From an uncultured bacterium (lineage in GTDB: Bacteria; Krumholzibacteriota; Krumholzibacteriia; LZORAL124-64-63): a stretch of 64,000 bases of DNA. The position numbers and the translations under genes were made by a program. Within the stretch, counting starts at the first letter, position 1. Each line of letters opens with the position of its first letter. Where the stretch lies: positions 320,001-384,000 of the forward strand of contig CAVSGO010000003.1 of NCBI GenBank assembly GCA_963727525.1. Direction: 5' to 3'. Under the pieces are notes generated by a model that was not told the DNA's origin, searched no databases, and was given only the letters and a program-made list of their open reading frames with translations. Below, piece by piece: positions 27,570-38,721 of the stretch.

Positions 27570-28451
27570 TCACGCCATTGGCGAGCGACCGAGCAGCCTC
27601 TGGATCTGTTCGTGCCGCAGGAAGGTCGCGACATCGCGCGGAACCTCCACGGGCTCTCGCGCCACCAGGGACCACACGTAACCTGCGAGCAACGCCGCGC
27701 CGCCGAGCAGATAGGGTCGCTGGGCCATCCGGCGGATCCCTCGGACCAGTTCGAAGAGGGGATGATAGCCGATCACATGATTCTGCCGGCCCAGTCGGAA
27801 TTGCGCATGGACGAAGCCATACGATTCCGTGCCGGTGGTGCGGTGGTGGTGCACGAGAAGGTCCGGAAACGTCCGGACCGTCCAGCCGTGCATGCGCGCG
27901 GTCGTCTCCGCGACGGCGTCGACCCCGCCGTACGTCAACACGCGGTATCCCCCGACCTGCTCGAAGCAGGCGCGCCGGAACATCTGGATGGGGCCACGGA
28001 CGCTCCAGTGATCGCTCATCGGTCGGGTCACGAATCGCGATCCAAACCTGTCGAGGACTCGGCCACCGCCGACGCCCAGCCGGGCATCGTCCGCGAACCT
28101 CGAGAGAAGGAGTTCGTAATAAGTGTCCTCGAAGGACACATCGGCGTCGACGATGCCCACGCAGTCGAAATCGAATTCGGCAAGGGTGGAGAAGGCTTCG
28201 TTCACTGCCCGGGCCTTGGAACCGAAGTTGCGAGTTCCATCGGCAGGCTTCCGCATCAGACGAATGAAGGGACAACGGCGCGCGTAGTCCGCGACGAGTG
28301 CGTCCGTGCCGTCCGTCGACCCGTCGCTGACCACGATCCAGGCCCGGGGTCGATGCGTCTGTGCTGCCACCGACTCCAGGACATCGCCGATATAAGCGTC
28401 CTCGTTGCGAGCCGCGGTGATGAGCACGTAGGGCAACACGATGGGGGCCAT
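27570..28451 (-). CDS. Glycosyltransferase family 2
   Basis: ITAARNE, DGSTD, DAD motif, FRRACFEQVGG. Confidence 0.9.
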   Translation of the reverse strand: MAPIVLPYVLITAARNEDAYIGDVLESVAAQTHRPRAWIVVSDGSTDGTDALVADYARRCPFIRLMRKPADGTRNFGSKARAVNEAFSTLAEFDFDCVGIVDADVSFEDTYYELLLSRFADDARLGVGGGRVLDRFGSRFVTRPMSDHWSVRGPIQMFRRACFEQVGGYRVLTYGGVDAVAETTARMHGWTVRTFPDLLVHHHRTTGTESYGFVHAQFRLGRQNHVIGYHPLFELVRGIRRMAQRPYLLGGAALLAGYVWSLVAREPVEVPRDVATFLRHEQIQRLLGRSPMA

Positions 28452-28688
28452 TCGTCAGCGGTGCCGGTGCGACTTGCGGGCTCAGAATATGACCGTACGC
28501 GAGAAGATGGGCAAGGATAAACGACATGCCCCGTAGGTGCATGCATGCGGGCACTCGTGGTGGCGTGGACGCGACCGCCGAATTGTGCTTTACTGCCGTT
28601 CGCGCCGCCGCGGCGAGAGGGTGCGGGGACATCGTGCCCAGACATCGCGGTGTCTCGAACGTGGAATGGACCGGAGGCTCAGTCTAGG

Positions 28689-29849
28689 TTGAAGACCCGG
28701 ATCTGCTATGTCATCAATGCCTTCGAGGTGGGAGGCGCCGAATCGGTGGCGCTCGCTCTCGCGGCCAACCTTCCCGCCGACCGCTACGAGGTGCAGGTTC
28801 TCGCGGTCAAGGATCGTCGCCACGATTCTCCGATGCGTGCGCGGTTTCGCGAAGCCCGGGTCAGTACCGAGGCGCGAGACTTCGGCACCCTGTCGAATCC
28901 CCTCAATCTCCTGCATCTGATTGCGTGGCTGCGGCGACGGCGATGGGATGTCATCCATGGACACAATCGACCGTCCGATGGGTGGGCGGCGATTGCTGGC
29001 CGGTATGCCGGCGTGCCCCACCGCCTATGGACGCGTCACCTCGTGTACCGCGACATGTCGGATCGTCAGCTGAAGCGCTACCGCAGGCTGTCGCAGTCGG
29101 CGCCGGTCGTCGTCGCCGTCTCCGACGCAGTGCGGGACAACTGCGTGAATCTCGAAGGCATCGCGCCGGAGAAGGTCGTGACCATCGTCAACGGGATCGA
29201 TACGGGCCGATTCCGGCCGCTCGCACCGGCGAGGAGAGCACATGTTCGCCGGCAACTCGGGATTGCAGCTGGCGACGTGTTTCTGCTCTTCGTCGGGCGC
29301 CTCAACGAGCAGAAAGCTCCGGAAGCATTCGTCGACGTCGTGACTGAGCTGAGGCGGCGTGGCGAGCCCGTCGTCGGATTGATGTGTGGCGATGGTCCGT
29401 TACGCGAGGAACTGGAAGGTCGCGTGCGCGAGTCCGCGGTTGTGCGCCTGCTCGGGGTCAGGGACGACGTTCCCGATCTGGCAGCCAGTGCCGACCTCTT
29501 TGTCTCGACGTCCCGCAACGAGGGGCTGCCTCTCAACATCATGGAAGCCATGGCCGCGGGCGCGCCTTTCGTCGGGCCCGCGATCGAGCAGATCGCTTGC
29601 CTCTGTACCGGGAAACCCGAACTGGCGGCCGGACTCTACGCGCCTCCACCCGGCGAAGGGCCGATCCCGCTGGCGCTCATCGCCGAGTGGGCAAACACGA
29701 TCCAGGCACGGCTCGTCGATTCCACCGGTCTTGCGGATGCCGGCCGCGCCGGTCGCGACGTGATTGCGCGGGGCTACTCTCTCGACGCCATGGTTGCGGC
29801 GCACGATAGGATCTATGCACGGATGATGGGCCTGCCGGCGTCAACGTGA
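28689..29849 (+). CDS. Glycosyltransferase family 4
   Basis: GGAE, AVS, NGID, VGRL.EQK, EGLPLNIMEAMA; probable TTG start. Confidence 0.9.
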   Translation: MKTRICYVINAFEVGGAESVALALAANLPADRYEVQVLAVKDRRHDSPMRARFREARVSTEARDFGTLSNPLNLLHLIAWLRRRRWDVIHGHNRPSDGWAAIAGRYAGVPHRLWTRHLVYRDMSDRQLKRYRRLSQSAPVVVAVSDAVRDNCVNLEGIAPEKVVTIVNGIDTGRFRPLAPARRAHVRRQLGIAAGDVFLLFVGRLNEQKAPEAFVDVVTELRRRGEPVVGLMCGDGPLREELEGRVRESAVVRLLGVRDDVPDLAASADLFVSTSRNEGLPLNIMEAMAAGAPFVGPAIEQIACLCTGKPELAAGLYAPPPGEGPIPLALIAEWANTIQARLVDSTGLADAGRAGRDVIARGYSLDAMVAAHDRIYARMMGLPAST

Positions 29850-31391
29850 ATGGCCGGACTTCGTCCTTGCGTTCCACAATCGTCTGAGGAGATCGAGGAT
29901 CGGTATGCTCTGGCCCGTGACCCGGTAGAGCAGAGCCGCGATCATGCTGTACGCCGTGAGAGTCACCAATCCCCAGGCGACCAGCCCCAGGAAGGTTCCG
30001 CGAACCGGCGCCGCCACGAATCCCGTGGCGACGAATGCCGCGCCGACGACCAGGCCGGAAAGCACCGGGATCGCCATCGCGCCGACCACTTGCCGGTAGC
30101 TGATGGCGATCTGGCGTGCGGTGATGACGGGAAGGACGATCATGCGCGTCACCGCCATCGGTAACGCGGTACCGAGTGCAACGCCGAGGATCCCGTAAGA
30201 CCGGACCAGGAGAAGGCTCAGCACGAGGTTGGCGATACCCTCGCCCACGGTGACGATGGCGTTGTAGCGGTGCTTGTTGATGGCGTAAAGCAGACTGATC
30301 GTGGGGTTCTGGCAGAGCGCGAGACCGTGCACGACGGCGAGCAACCAGAGTACCGGGATCGCCTCCGCGAATCCGTCGCCCACCCAGAACCGGATGAATC
30401 GACCGCCGAGCACGATCGTGATGAGAGAAACGCCCACGGTGAACAGCGACGTGGCGGTCGTGGCTTTCAGAAACAACCGCACGATCCCCGCCTGATCCCG
30501 CTCGGCGTCGAGCGCGGCCAGGCGTGGCGCGAGCACGCCGGCGCCTGTGACGACGATCTGCTTGAGATAGCGGACGATCTGCGCCGCCACGGCGAAGACG
30601 GCCACGGCCTCGACATTCACCATCCTGGCTATGACCGCGTTGTCGAGATTGAAGCGGAGCTGGTCGCCGATCACGATGAGGAATGTGGAAAAACCATACT
30701 TGTAGAGGTAGCGGGCCGCTCGGCGCGACACGTATCGCGGGGCGAGCTGGATCTCGGGGAAGAGCCTCGCGCAGACGATCGCCTGGACGATCATCCGGAT
30801 CGCCAGCGCCAGGAGATTCGCAATAGCGACGCCGGTGAGTCCCCAGCCCGCATTCAGGAACGCGACCGTGAATACAGCGCGCATACTGGTGCCGACGACC
30901 GTGAGACCGTTGGCCCAGTCGAATCTTTCGTAGGCGCGCAGAATGGCATTCTGGAGTCCACCGAGGAGCGTCGCCAGCGCGGCGAACGAGAGGATCACAA
31001 GCACCCGCTTGAACTCCATGGCGGACGTTGCCGTCAAGTTGAAGAACGTGCGGATCATGTCGGCGGCGAGCAGCGAGAACAGGATGATGACGACCGCCAC
31101 GACCAGGAATCCGACGCTGGCGGTGTTCACCGTTTCGTTGAGATCCCTCGTCCGGCCCTGGTTGGAGAACTTCGCCACGTACCGCATGACGGCCGATTCG
31201 ACGCCGAGGTTCAACAGGCCGTAGTAGCCGATGACGGTGCCGATGACCGTCCAGATACCGAACCCTTCACGGCCGAGTGCCGAGATCACGAACGGCGTCA
31301 ACCAGAAGGCGATGACGATGTTGATGGCGAGCGCCACCCACCCGGTGAGCGCGTTGCCGAGGAGCGAGGGACGGCCGCGATCGGATGTCAC
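29841..31391 (-). CDS. Oligosaccharide flippase (Wzx/MOP superfamily)
   Basis: About 12-14 TM helices, LG.EGFGIW, NLVLSLLLV..YGILGVALGT. Confidence 0.85.
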   Translation of the reverse strand: MTSDRGRPSLLGNALTGWVALAINIVIAFWLTPFVISALGREGFGIWTVIGTVIGYYGLLNLGVESAVMRYVAKFSNQGRTRDLNETVNTASVGFLVVAVVIILFSLLAADMIRTFFNLTATSAMEFKRVLVILSFAALATLLGGLQNAILRAYERFDWANGLTVVGTSMRAVFTVAFLNAGWGLTGVAIANLLALAIRMIVQAIVCARLFPEIQLAPRYVSRRAARYLYKYGFSTFLIVIGDQLRFNLDNAVIARMVNVEAVAVFAVAAQIVRYLKQIVVTGAGVLAPRLAALDAERDQAGIVRLFLKATTATSLFTVGVSLITIVLGGRFIRFWVGDGFAEAIPVLWLLAVVHGLALCQNPTISLLYAINKHRYNAIVTVGEGIANLVLSLLLVRSYGILGVALGTALPMAVTRMIVLPVITARQIAISYRQVVGAMAIPVLSGLVVGAAFVATGFVAAPVRGTFLGLVAWGLVTLTAYSMIAALLYRVTGQSIPILDLLRRLWNARTKSGHSR

Positions 31392-31755
31392 GAGCGTCTC
31401 CTCGAGGGGGCCGCGATCGCGGGCATCATTGTCGCGGCCTGGATGCCGCGAACGAAATCAGCCGCCCACGGGCCGCTTTCGCGCGCACGGTCGAGTGCGG
31501 GTGAGAGAAAGGTGGACCGTGTCATGGGTGCGTTCGTGGTGCCCGGTGTTCGGGGGACGGGTAGCGCCAGGTGTCGGGTCGCCGATTGCATGGCCGGTCG
31601 CTCGATCGCCGGCAGTATAGTCTCCCGTATACACCGGGAACAGGACAATTTCGCGCCGATGCTGCGCCGCGCAAAAATCCTCGCTCTCTCTGAAACTCGT
31701 CGTCGGAGGTACGAGCTCGTGCGATCCGGTGCCCATCACCTCTCGAAATCCGCGG

Positions 31756-32904
31756 TCAGCTCATGACCACGCGCATGCGGTCCGCGATCGCCTTCCCCAC
31801 GTACTCCCAGGTGTAGCGAGGCATGACCACGTCGTAGGCGCGGTCCCCCATCGCTTTGCAAAGAGCCGGGTTAGACGCGAGTGTGGTCAGCGCCTGGACC
31901 AGGGCGTCGGCATCGCCCGGGGCGGTCAGCTCTCCATTGACGCCCGGAGTGACGAGATCGGGAGCTGCGCCGATATTCAACGCGACCACCGGCAGGCGGT
32001 GCGCGAAGGCTTCGAGAAAAACGATGCCGAACGCATCGCGCTTCGACGGCATGCAGAAGACCGTGGCATTGCGGTAGTGCTCCGCCAATGCCGCCAGGGG
32101 CAGCCGACCATGAACGGTGACCCCGGCCTGTGCGATCGCGGGGGAAACTCCGATGATCGAGAGTTCGGCATCCGGTACAGCACGGCGTACGCGCGCGAAC
32201 GCGGAGACGAGTTCGGGGCCGCCTTTGAGTTCCCAGAGCGTGCCGACGAAGAGGATGCGCTTCGCAGCATAGCTTTCCAGCGAGCGCGGCGGCAGGGCGG
32301 CCTCCGCGGTGCCATCTATCGCATGACAGCCGACACCGACCTGCGCGATGCGGTCGCGTGCAACGGCGTAGTCGTCGACGAGCGAGCGTGTCACGTGGCT
32401 GCTCATGGTGAAGATGGTGCTGGCGTGGTGGTAGATCTCCGGTTCGCGGCGCATCCATGCTTGCGAATAGAACTCGCGGGTGGCATCGGTGTCTGGATAC
32501 TGCAGATTCGTCAGAAGCGCGTGGTCTGTATAGACGAAATGGGGGACACCCGGCATGCTCCCGTCGAAGAGCGACTGTGTCTGGAAGGTGCACGCGTAGC
32601 GCGAGAGATCGCCGAGTTCCTGCCTGACGACACGCTGAACGAGGTCGATCATGTAGGACGTGCGCCAGCGAAACGTCCGCAGGGGCCGCGCGCCCGTGAG
32701 CAGCCCCGGCCCGTATTCGCCGGCGGCGGCGGCGTGGGCCAGAAGATAGCTCCACCGGCGGGCCTTGACGATCTCAGCGACGTCGATGACATCGATCGCA
32801 TATTCCGGAAACTGCGTCCGGATCTCCGCCAGCACGGCGGCGTTCGTATGGGAGAACGATCCGAACTTGATGAATGCGATCCTGTTGCGAACGCGACATT
32901 GCAA
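31756..32904 (-). CDS. Glycosyltransferase family 4
   Basis: ILFVG..WELKGG, FCMPS..DAFGIVFLEA, GVNG.L; start uncertain (TTG 32904 assumed). Confidence 0.88.
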   Translation of the reverse strand: MQCRVRNRIAFIKFGSFSHTNAAVLAEIRTQFPEYAIDVIDVAEIVKARRWSYLLAHAAAAGEYGPGLLTGARPLRTFRWRTSYMIDLVQRVVRQELGDLSRYACTFQTQSLFDGSMPGVPHFVYTDHALLTNLQYPDTDATREFYSQAWMRREPEIYHHASTIFTMSSHVTRSLVDDYAVARDRIAQVGVGCHAIDGTAEAALPPRSLESYAAKRILFVGTLWELKGGPELVSAFARVRRAVPDAELSIIGVSPAIAQAGVTVHGRLPLAALAEHYRNATVFCMPSKRDAFGIVFLEAFAHRLPVVALNIGAAPDLVTPGVNGELTAPGDADALVQALTTLASNPALCKAMGDRAYDVVMPRYTWEYVGKAIADRMRVVMS

Positions 32905-33200
32905 CCTGCACCACCCGTCTCGTGCCTCGAAGAATGTTGATCGTCGCGGGCCGCTTCGTGGGCGGGGCAACAGGCCACCCAGGCGAACCTACCGTGCCAA
33001 AATTAGGCATAAAAAGGTAAAATACTGTGAGTTTTTCCCCGGCATCCAGGGCGCACCGGGACAGAACTACCGCCGTCAACAATCTTCGAGGCACAACCGA
33101 ACCGACCGATCATGGTAAACGACGGCGGGGGCCAAGGAAAGCCAGAAATCCCTTAATTGACGCCAGGTCGTAAAAATATCACGATCAGCATGTCTGCGGG

Positions 33201-33229
33201 TTGACACCGGGTGGGGACAAGGGTACCAT
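33201..33229 (+). promoter_or_regulatory. Sigma70-type promoter for the cpsD/wzz/wzy-like operon
   Basis: TTGACA-17 nt-TACCAT. Confidence 0.55.
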
Positions 33230-33486
33230 GAATGGCCCCATCGCGACCATCGTGATGGCGCTAGGCTGCACCCCGGATCGGGGCCGGGACCGCACTTGCC
33301 TCTATTAGGAGCCTTGCCGCGACAAATTGCTAACGTGTATACGCTTTCAAGCGATACAGGGCGAGTACCGGCCGCGGAATGGAAACCACCGCATCCGTCA
33401 CGCGTCCTTGTGCTGGCGTAGCGCGACGTTGTCGTGACCACGGAGACAGGCTGGGTTTCCCGGGGCAGATGTGAGGCGACATCCAA

Positions 33487-34203
33487 ATGAGTGACATCCT
33501 GCAGGCGCTCAAACGTGGGGGTGGCTGGGGAACGGACCTTTCGGTTCGCTTCGGCACCCTGGGCGTGGTCGAGATCCGTCCGCTTCCTCCCCCGCCGATC
33601 CAGACCGAGTTTGCCAGGCTGGCCAACGCGCTCCTTTCCAGGGCTGACGAGAAGGGTGGGCTCGTTCTTGTGTTTGCAGGTACCGAGCCCGACGAGGGGG
33701 CGACGTACGTGTCGTTCAACGTCGCGCGTCATCTAGCCGCCATGCTCGATCGCAGGGTTGCTTGGGTCGACGGTGACTTCGACAAACCGGAGCCGTTGCT
33801 CCGGGAACATGGGCTTGGTCTGCGCGAGATGCTGATCGATCCGCTCGCTATCGAGACCGTGGCCAGCGATGCCGGCAATCTCGTCCTCGTGCCTAATGGT
33901 TCAGCGAACATCAAGACGGCCGATCTCCTGAAGAGTCCGGTGTACGACCAGGTCCTGGCCGAGTTCCGCAGGAACTTTTTCGTGACCATCATCGACGCTC
34001 CGGCGATTCTCGGCGGCGTCCATGCCGTCAACCTGGCGGAACCGACAGATGGCGTCGTCGTCGTCGTGCAGAGCGGCCGGCTGAAGCACGAGGTCGTCGG
34101 CCATGGGTTGAAGCTGCTCGCCGACCAGGGCGTCAAGGTCGTTGGCACCGTACTGAATCGCCGGACGTTCGCGATTCCGGACGCGGTCTACAAGAAGTTG
34201 TGA
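33487..34203 (+). CDS. CpsD/CapB-like BY-kinase domain protein (degenerate Walker A)
   Basis: GTEPDEGAT, VDGD, IIDAP, DGVVVVV, G.VLNRR. Confidence 0.8.
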   Translation: MSDILQALKRGGGWGTDLSVRFGTLGVVEIRPLPPPPIQTEFARLANALLSRADEKGGLVLVFAGTEPDEGATYVSFNVARHLAAMLDRRVAWVDGDFDKPEPLLREHGLGLREMLIDPLAIETVASDAGNLVLVPNGSANIKTADLLKSPVYDQVLAEFRRNFFVTIIDAPAILGGVHAVNLAEPTDGVVVVVQSGRLKHEVVGHGLKLLADQGVKVVGTVLNRRTFAIPDAVYKKL

Positions 34204-34204
34204 G

Positions 34205-35644
34205 GTGACCGGAATGATCGATCTTCACCCACAGAGTGCGCAGCCACCTGCGGTTCAGGCGAAGCCAGGCATCGACATGAAGGATTTGCTGGCCGTGGTC
34301 TTTCGCCGCCGCTGGGTAATTCTTGCCGTGGCGTTGCCGATCATGGTGATGGCCTTCATCGCGACGCTGCGTTCGGCCGACGTCGTCACCGCGGGGGCGC
34401 GGGTACTCATCGAGGCGTCGAACAGCGACCAGTTGCAGTATACCATCGCAAGAGACGACTTCAACGAGGTCCTGGCCACGGCTGCCCAGGTCTGCATGAG
34501 CCTTCCGGTCGCCGAGAAGGCGGCCACCGCGCTCCAGGATTCCATACCCCACCTGGCCGGCACGAATGCCGACTACGTGTCGAAACTCAGTCATGTAGAT
34601 CTGCGCGATCTCATCGTCAACAACCTGGACTGTGGGCAGGTCGGCGAATCCCGGATCCTACGGATCATGTTCTCGGACCCGAGTGCGCGCTTCGCGTTGA
34701 TGGCCGATCGGGCCGTGACCGATGCGTTCATCGAGTACAATATCGAGAGTCAGCGCAACATCCCGGCGATCAGCTACTTCGATGAGCAGATTGCCGCCGT
34801 CCAGTCCGAGGTCGATTCGCTGATGACCGAGCGCGCCGGCATACTGAACGCCTCGGGGTACTCGACCTATCGCACCTCGGCGCAGAGCGACCAGAGCAGC
34901 ACGGGGAACCTGGAGCTCGACTATCAGCGAGCAAGATCCAAGAGAATGGCGCTCGAGTCCACGGCGCAGCAGGTATCCGCGGCGATGGTCGCGAATCCGG
35001 AATTCATTCCGGTCTCCGATGGGCAGCGGAGCGCCGTCCTGATGGACCTCAAGTTGAAACTCGAGGATGCGCGCATGACCATGGCGACCCTGCGTACGAA
35101 GTATCAGGACGATGCGATGATCGTCGTGCGCCAGCGCCAGCTGATCAGTGATGCGCGGCAACAGCTTATCACCGAGGAAGCGAATTACCTGAAGGGCCTG
35201 CAGATCGATCTCGCCCAGGCGCGCGAAGCGGAGCGAACTTACGAGGAGATCGTGAGGAAGCGCCAGACGTCGCTCGAGAGTTTCCCCGATGTCGAGCGGC
35301 GTGTCGACTCCATCAACATCCAGATCGACACGAAACGCGACCTCCTCAAGAGCTTGCAGGTGCGACGGGGTGAGGTGCGCGTGCGGGCCGATACGGATAT
35401 CCGGATCAGCAACATCATTCCGCTGGATATGCCGACGATCGATACCGCAGTGGGCAGCGGCAGGAAGCTCCTCTATCTCGGACTGGCTTCGATATTCGCC
35501 ATCGTCCTGGGATTCATGACGGCGTACTTCGTCGAGTCGCAGGACCACCGCATCTACAGCGGCCGGCAGGTTGAGCAGTACCTCGAGGTCCCGGTCCTGG
35601 GAGCGATTTCGGATACCGTGGCCTACGACCGACGTGGGCGATGA
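34205..35644 (+). CDS. Polysaccharide co-polymerase / chain-length determinant (Wzz/GumC family)
   Basis: N-terminal TM after RRRW, long periplasmic coiled coil, C-terminal TM followed by VE.YL.VPVLG.I. Confidence 0.85.
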   Translation: MTGMIDLHPQSAQPPAVQAKPGIDMKDLLAVVFRRRWVILAVALPIMVMAFIATLRSADVVTAGARVLIEASNSDQLQYTIARDDFNEVLATAAQVCMSLPVAEKAATALQDSIPHLAGTNADYVSKLSHVDLRDLIVNNLDCGQVGESRILRIMFSDPSARFALMADRAVTDAFIEYNIESQRNIPAISYFDEQIAAVQSEVDSLMTERAGILNASGYSTYRTSAQSDQSSTGNLELDYQRARSKRMALESTAQQVSAAMVANPEFIPVSDGQRSAVLMDLKLKLEDARMTMATLRTKYQDDAMIVVRQRQLISDARQQLITEEANYLKGLQIDLAQAREAERTYEEIVRKRQTSLESFPDVERRVDSINIQIDTKRDLLKSLQVRRGEVRVRADTDIRISNIIPLDMPTIDTAVGSGRKLLYLGLASIFAIVLGFMTAYFVESQDHRIYSGRQVEQYLEVPVLGAISDTVAYDRRGR

Positions 35645-37134
35645 ATCGCCTGGCCGAAACCGTACGCAACCTGGGAATCGAGCGGCTGTTCACCGGCGGT
35701 GTCGCTGCGCCGGCCATGATCTTCGTGTATCTCGCGGTGTCCACGGTTGGCGGCTATTTCCTGACCATGGTTCTCGGCATGAAGATCACGGTCGTGGCGC
35801 TCGTCGGTGCGGTGTTCGTGGGCCTGCTGGTTCTGCTCTCGATGCGCGATCTCTCCCTGGCTCTGGTCATCTGGCTCATTTCGATGGGCTCCTTTCGGAG
35901 TATCGGCATGGTGGCCATGCCCGGTCTGCCGGATTTTTCCATCGATCGCATCATGCTGGTCTGGATCGTCCTGGTCTTGCTGGCCCGGGTACTTTTCGGC
36001 CAGCTGGAGTTCCACAAGCCATACGGGGCCGACCTGCTTGTCATCGGCCATGTCGTTTACATCTGGGCGCAGATGCAGACCCACAGTGATTTCAGTCACT
36101 TTCACCAGTGGGTACTGAGTTCGCTTTCACCGGCCGCGGCGTTCTTCTATGGCAAGTACGTGGTCAGGGACGAGAGATACATCCGGAATATCCTGCTGTT
36201 CCTCTTTGCGACCACCGTGTACTACTACGTCACCGCCATTGCCGAGCACTTCAGTATCAACGCCCTCGTCTGGCCGAAGAATATCCTGGATCCCAACGTC
36301 GGCTTCTGGGCGAAAGGGCGGTCGCGCGGTCCGGTTCTGCACCCGCCGCTGTTCGGCCAGATCCTGTCGATGATGTTGCTGGTGCATTTCTACTTCCTGC
36401 TGAAGATCCGCCGGTGGCCGTTGAAGATCGCCATGGGTATCTCGCTGTTGCTTGCGCTGCTCGGCGTGTTCTTCGCCTACACCCGAGGGCCCTGGGTGGC
36501 CCTCGGAGTCGCGATCGTTGTCCTGGCCGTGGCGCGTCCGGGGTACCGGCGTATCGTCGGCGCCATCGGGGTGATCGTCGTCATCGCCGGCATCTTCGGA
36601 CTGCTGAAACTCGCCAACTCCGACTTCTTGCAGGAACGCCTCGGTTCGGAGAATACCGTCGAGAATCGCCTGGGGTTCATGGCTAACGCCTGGCGCATGG
36701 TGCGCGACCATCCCATCTTCGGTATCGGCTACTTCCGCTTCCTCAGAGAGGTCTCGCTGTACAACCAGTCGACGTATATCCCATTCTACGGTCTGGTCCG
36801 GAAGGGCCTTGGCGCGCATGTCGCGATTCACGATATCTTCCTCGGGCCGACGGCCGAGGTTGGCATCGTCGGAACGACGTTCATGTTCTGGTTCTACTAT
36901 CTCATTCTGCGTTCCTTTCGTTCTCTCTGGCGCCGCGCGCCGCAGGGCCGTTGGTTCAATCGAGATCTGCTGGCACTCTTCTTCGGGATCACGGTGTGCT
37001 ACTTCGTGGGCGGCATGGCCATCGACTACCGCTACTTCGACTTCATCAATGTCCTCTTCTATCTCATCGCCGGCATTGTCTATGGCGTGGACGGTCGTAT
37101 GAATCGCGTGGCGACCGTGCGCGCCGTGACTTGA
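35641..37134 (+). CDS. O-antigen ligase/Wzy polymerase family protein
   Basis: Many TM helices, R.RGP..HP, YTRGPW, R....[14 protein letters not shown]...AEVG.VG. Confidence 0.85.
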   Translation: MNRLAETVRNLGIERLFTGGVAAPAMIFVYLAVSTVGGYFLTMVLGMKITVVALVGAVFVGLLVLLSMRDLSLALVIWLISMGSFRSIGMVAMPGLPDFSIDRIMLVWIVLVLLARVLFGQLEFHKPYGADLLVIGHVVYIWAQMQTHSDFSHFHQWVLSSLSPAAAFFYGKYVVRDERYIRNILLFLFATTVYYYVTAIAEHFSINALVWPKNILDPNVGFWAKGRSRGPVLHPPLFGQILSMMLLVHFYFLLKIRRWPLKIAMGISLLLALLGVFFAYTRGPWVALGVAIVVLAVARPGYRRIVGAIGVIVVIAGIFGLLKLANSDFLQERLGSENTVENRLGFMANAWRMVRDHPIFGIGYFRFLREVSLYNQSTYIPFYGLVRKGLGAHVAIHDIFLGPTAEVGIVGTTFMFWFYYLILRSFRSLWRRAPQGRWFNRDLLALFFGITVCYFVGGMAIDYRYFDFINVLFYLIAGIVYGVDGRMNRVATVRAVT

Positions 37135-37182
37135 TCCCGTCTTGTCAGGGCGATCACGCTCTCCTGCTTGCCGCCAACGGGT

Positions 37183-37205
37183 GATAGTGTGTATAATACA
37201 CTATC
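37183..37205. promoter_or_regulatory. NrtR operator overlapping the -10 box
   Basis: Perfect palindrome GATAGTGT-GTATAAT-ACACTATC with the GT-N7-AC core of NrtR sites; TATAAT lies inside it. Confidence 0.88.
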
Positions 37206-37219
37206 GTGGAGGAGTCCCC

Positions 37220-38707
37220 ATGTCCCTCGAACCAGCGTTCCACGATCACTCCCTCGGCCTGCTGACCGACCTGTACCAGCTCACCATGGCCCACGGGTAC
37301 TGGAAGCTCGGCAAGGCGCGGGACGAGGCCGTCTTCCACCTCTTCTTCCGCAAACCGCCATTCGGCGGCGGGTATACGGTGGCCGCGGGGCTCGAAGATG
37401 TCCTGGGTTACCTCGAGCATCTGCGATTCGACGCGGGAGACCTGGCGTACCTAGGCGGCCTCGAAGGCAACGACGGGAAGCCGCTCTTCGCCCCGGAGTT
37501 TCTCGATCACCTGCGCGAGCTGGCGTTCACGCTCGACGTGGATGCGGTGCCCGAGGGCACGGTCGTGTTCCCTCAGCAGCCCCTCGTGCGCGTGCAGGGC
37601 TCGGTCCTGCAGTGCCAGCTCGTGGAGACGGCGCTGCTGAACCTCGTCAACTTCCCGACACTCATCGCCACGAAGGCGGCGCGGATCTGCGCAGCAGCAC
37701 ACGGCGCGCCGGTCCTGGAGTTCGGCCTGCGCCGGGCCCAGGGCATCGACGGCGCGCTCACGGCGAGTCGTGCCGCATACATCGGCGGCTGCGCGGCCAC
37801 GTCAAACGTCCAGGCCGGCAAGCGCTTCGGCATCCCTGTCGCGGGCACCCATGCGCATAGCTGGGTGATGGCGTTCGACGACGAGGACCAGGCCTTCGCG
37901 GCCTACGCCGAGGCCATGCCCAACAACTGCGTATTCCTGGTCGACACCTACGACACCATCGAGGGCGTTCGCCGTGCCGTCGCTGCCGGCAAGCGGCTGC
38001 GCGAGCGTGGGCACGAGATGATCGGGATCCGTCTGGATTCGGGCGACCTGGCCTATCTGAGCCAGGAGGCGCGTCGCATCCTCGACGAGGAGGGCTTCCC
38101 CGACGCCCGGGTGCTCGCCAGCAACGACCTCGACGAATTCATCATCACCAGCCTGAGGGACCAGGGCGCGAAGATCGGATCGTGGGGCGTGGGCACGCGC
38201 CTGGTGACGGGCCATGGCGACCCGGCCCTGGGAGGCGTCTACAAGCTCGCGGCACTGCGCAAGCCCTGCGGCGAGTGGGAGCCGCGGATCAAGCTCTCGG
38301 AGCAGGCCATCAAGATCACCACGCCAGGCATTCTCCAGGTTCGCCGCTTTCGCGATGCGCGCGGATTCGTGGCCGACATGGTGTACGACACGCTGGACGG
38401 GGCGCACGGGGAGCGCGTCATCGTCGATCCTGCCGATCCCACGCGGATGAGGCGGGTCCCCGGGGACGCCGAGAGCGAGGAATTGCTGGTGCCGATGATG
38501 CGTGGCGGGCGCCTGGTGTACGAGCGGCCCGGGCTAGACGCCATCCGCGCTCGGGTGCAGGCGCAGCTCGCCTCGCTGTCGCCCGGGGTGCGTCGACTGC
38601 TGAATCCCCACCAGTATCCGGCCGGCATCGCCCGCCGTCTGCACGAGCGCAAGATGCAGCTCGTCGTGGCTGCGCGCGGACTGGACAACGGAAAAGCGGC
38701 CATCTGA
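37220..38707 (+). CDS. pncB: Nicotinate phosphoribosyltransferase
   Basis: [53 protein letters not shown]. Confidence 0.96.
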   Translation: MSLEPAFHDHSLGLLTDLYQLTMAHGYWKLGKARDEAVFHLFFRKPPFGGGYTVAAGLEDVLGYLEHLRFDAGDLAYLGGLEGNDGKPLFAPEFLDHLRELAFTLDVDAVPEGTVVFPQQPLVRVQGSVLQCQLVETALLNLVNFPTLIATKAARICAAAHGAPVLEFGLRRAQGIDGALTASRAAYIGGCAATSNVQAGKRFGIPVAGTHAHSWVMAFDDEDQAFAAYAEAMPNNCVFLVDTYDTIEGVRRAVAAGKRLRERGHEMIGIRLDSGDLAYLSQEARRILDEEGFPDARVLASNDLDEFIITSLRDQGAKIGSWGVGTRLVTGHGDPALGGVYKLAALRKPCGEWEPRIKLSEQAIKITTPGILQVRRFRDARGFVADMVYDTLDGAHGERVIVDPADPTRMRRVPGDAESEELLVPMMRGGRLVYERPGLDAIRARVQAQLASLSPGVRRLLNPHQYPAGIARRLHERKMQLVVAARGLDNGKAAI

Positions 38708-38721
38708 GGCAGGGAGTCACG

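Noticed and set aside
32860-32910. Possible frameshift at the GT4 5' end (ATG TCG CGT is out of frame)
   Set aside because: An in-frame TTG at 32904 with an upstream GGTGG explains the start without invoking an indel
32971-33486. Possible riboswitch or ncRNA in long intergenic regions (also 54187-54586, 31392-31755)
   Set aside because: No recognisable tRNA or riboswitch consensus by eye; an Infernal/Rfam scan would be needed
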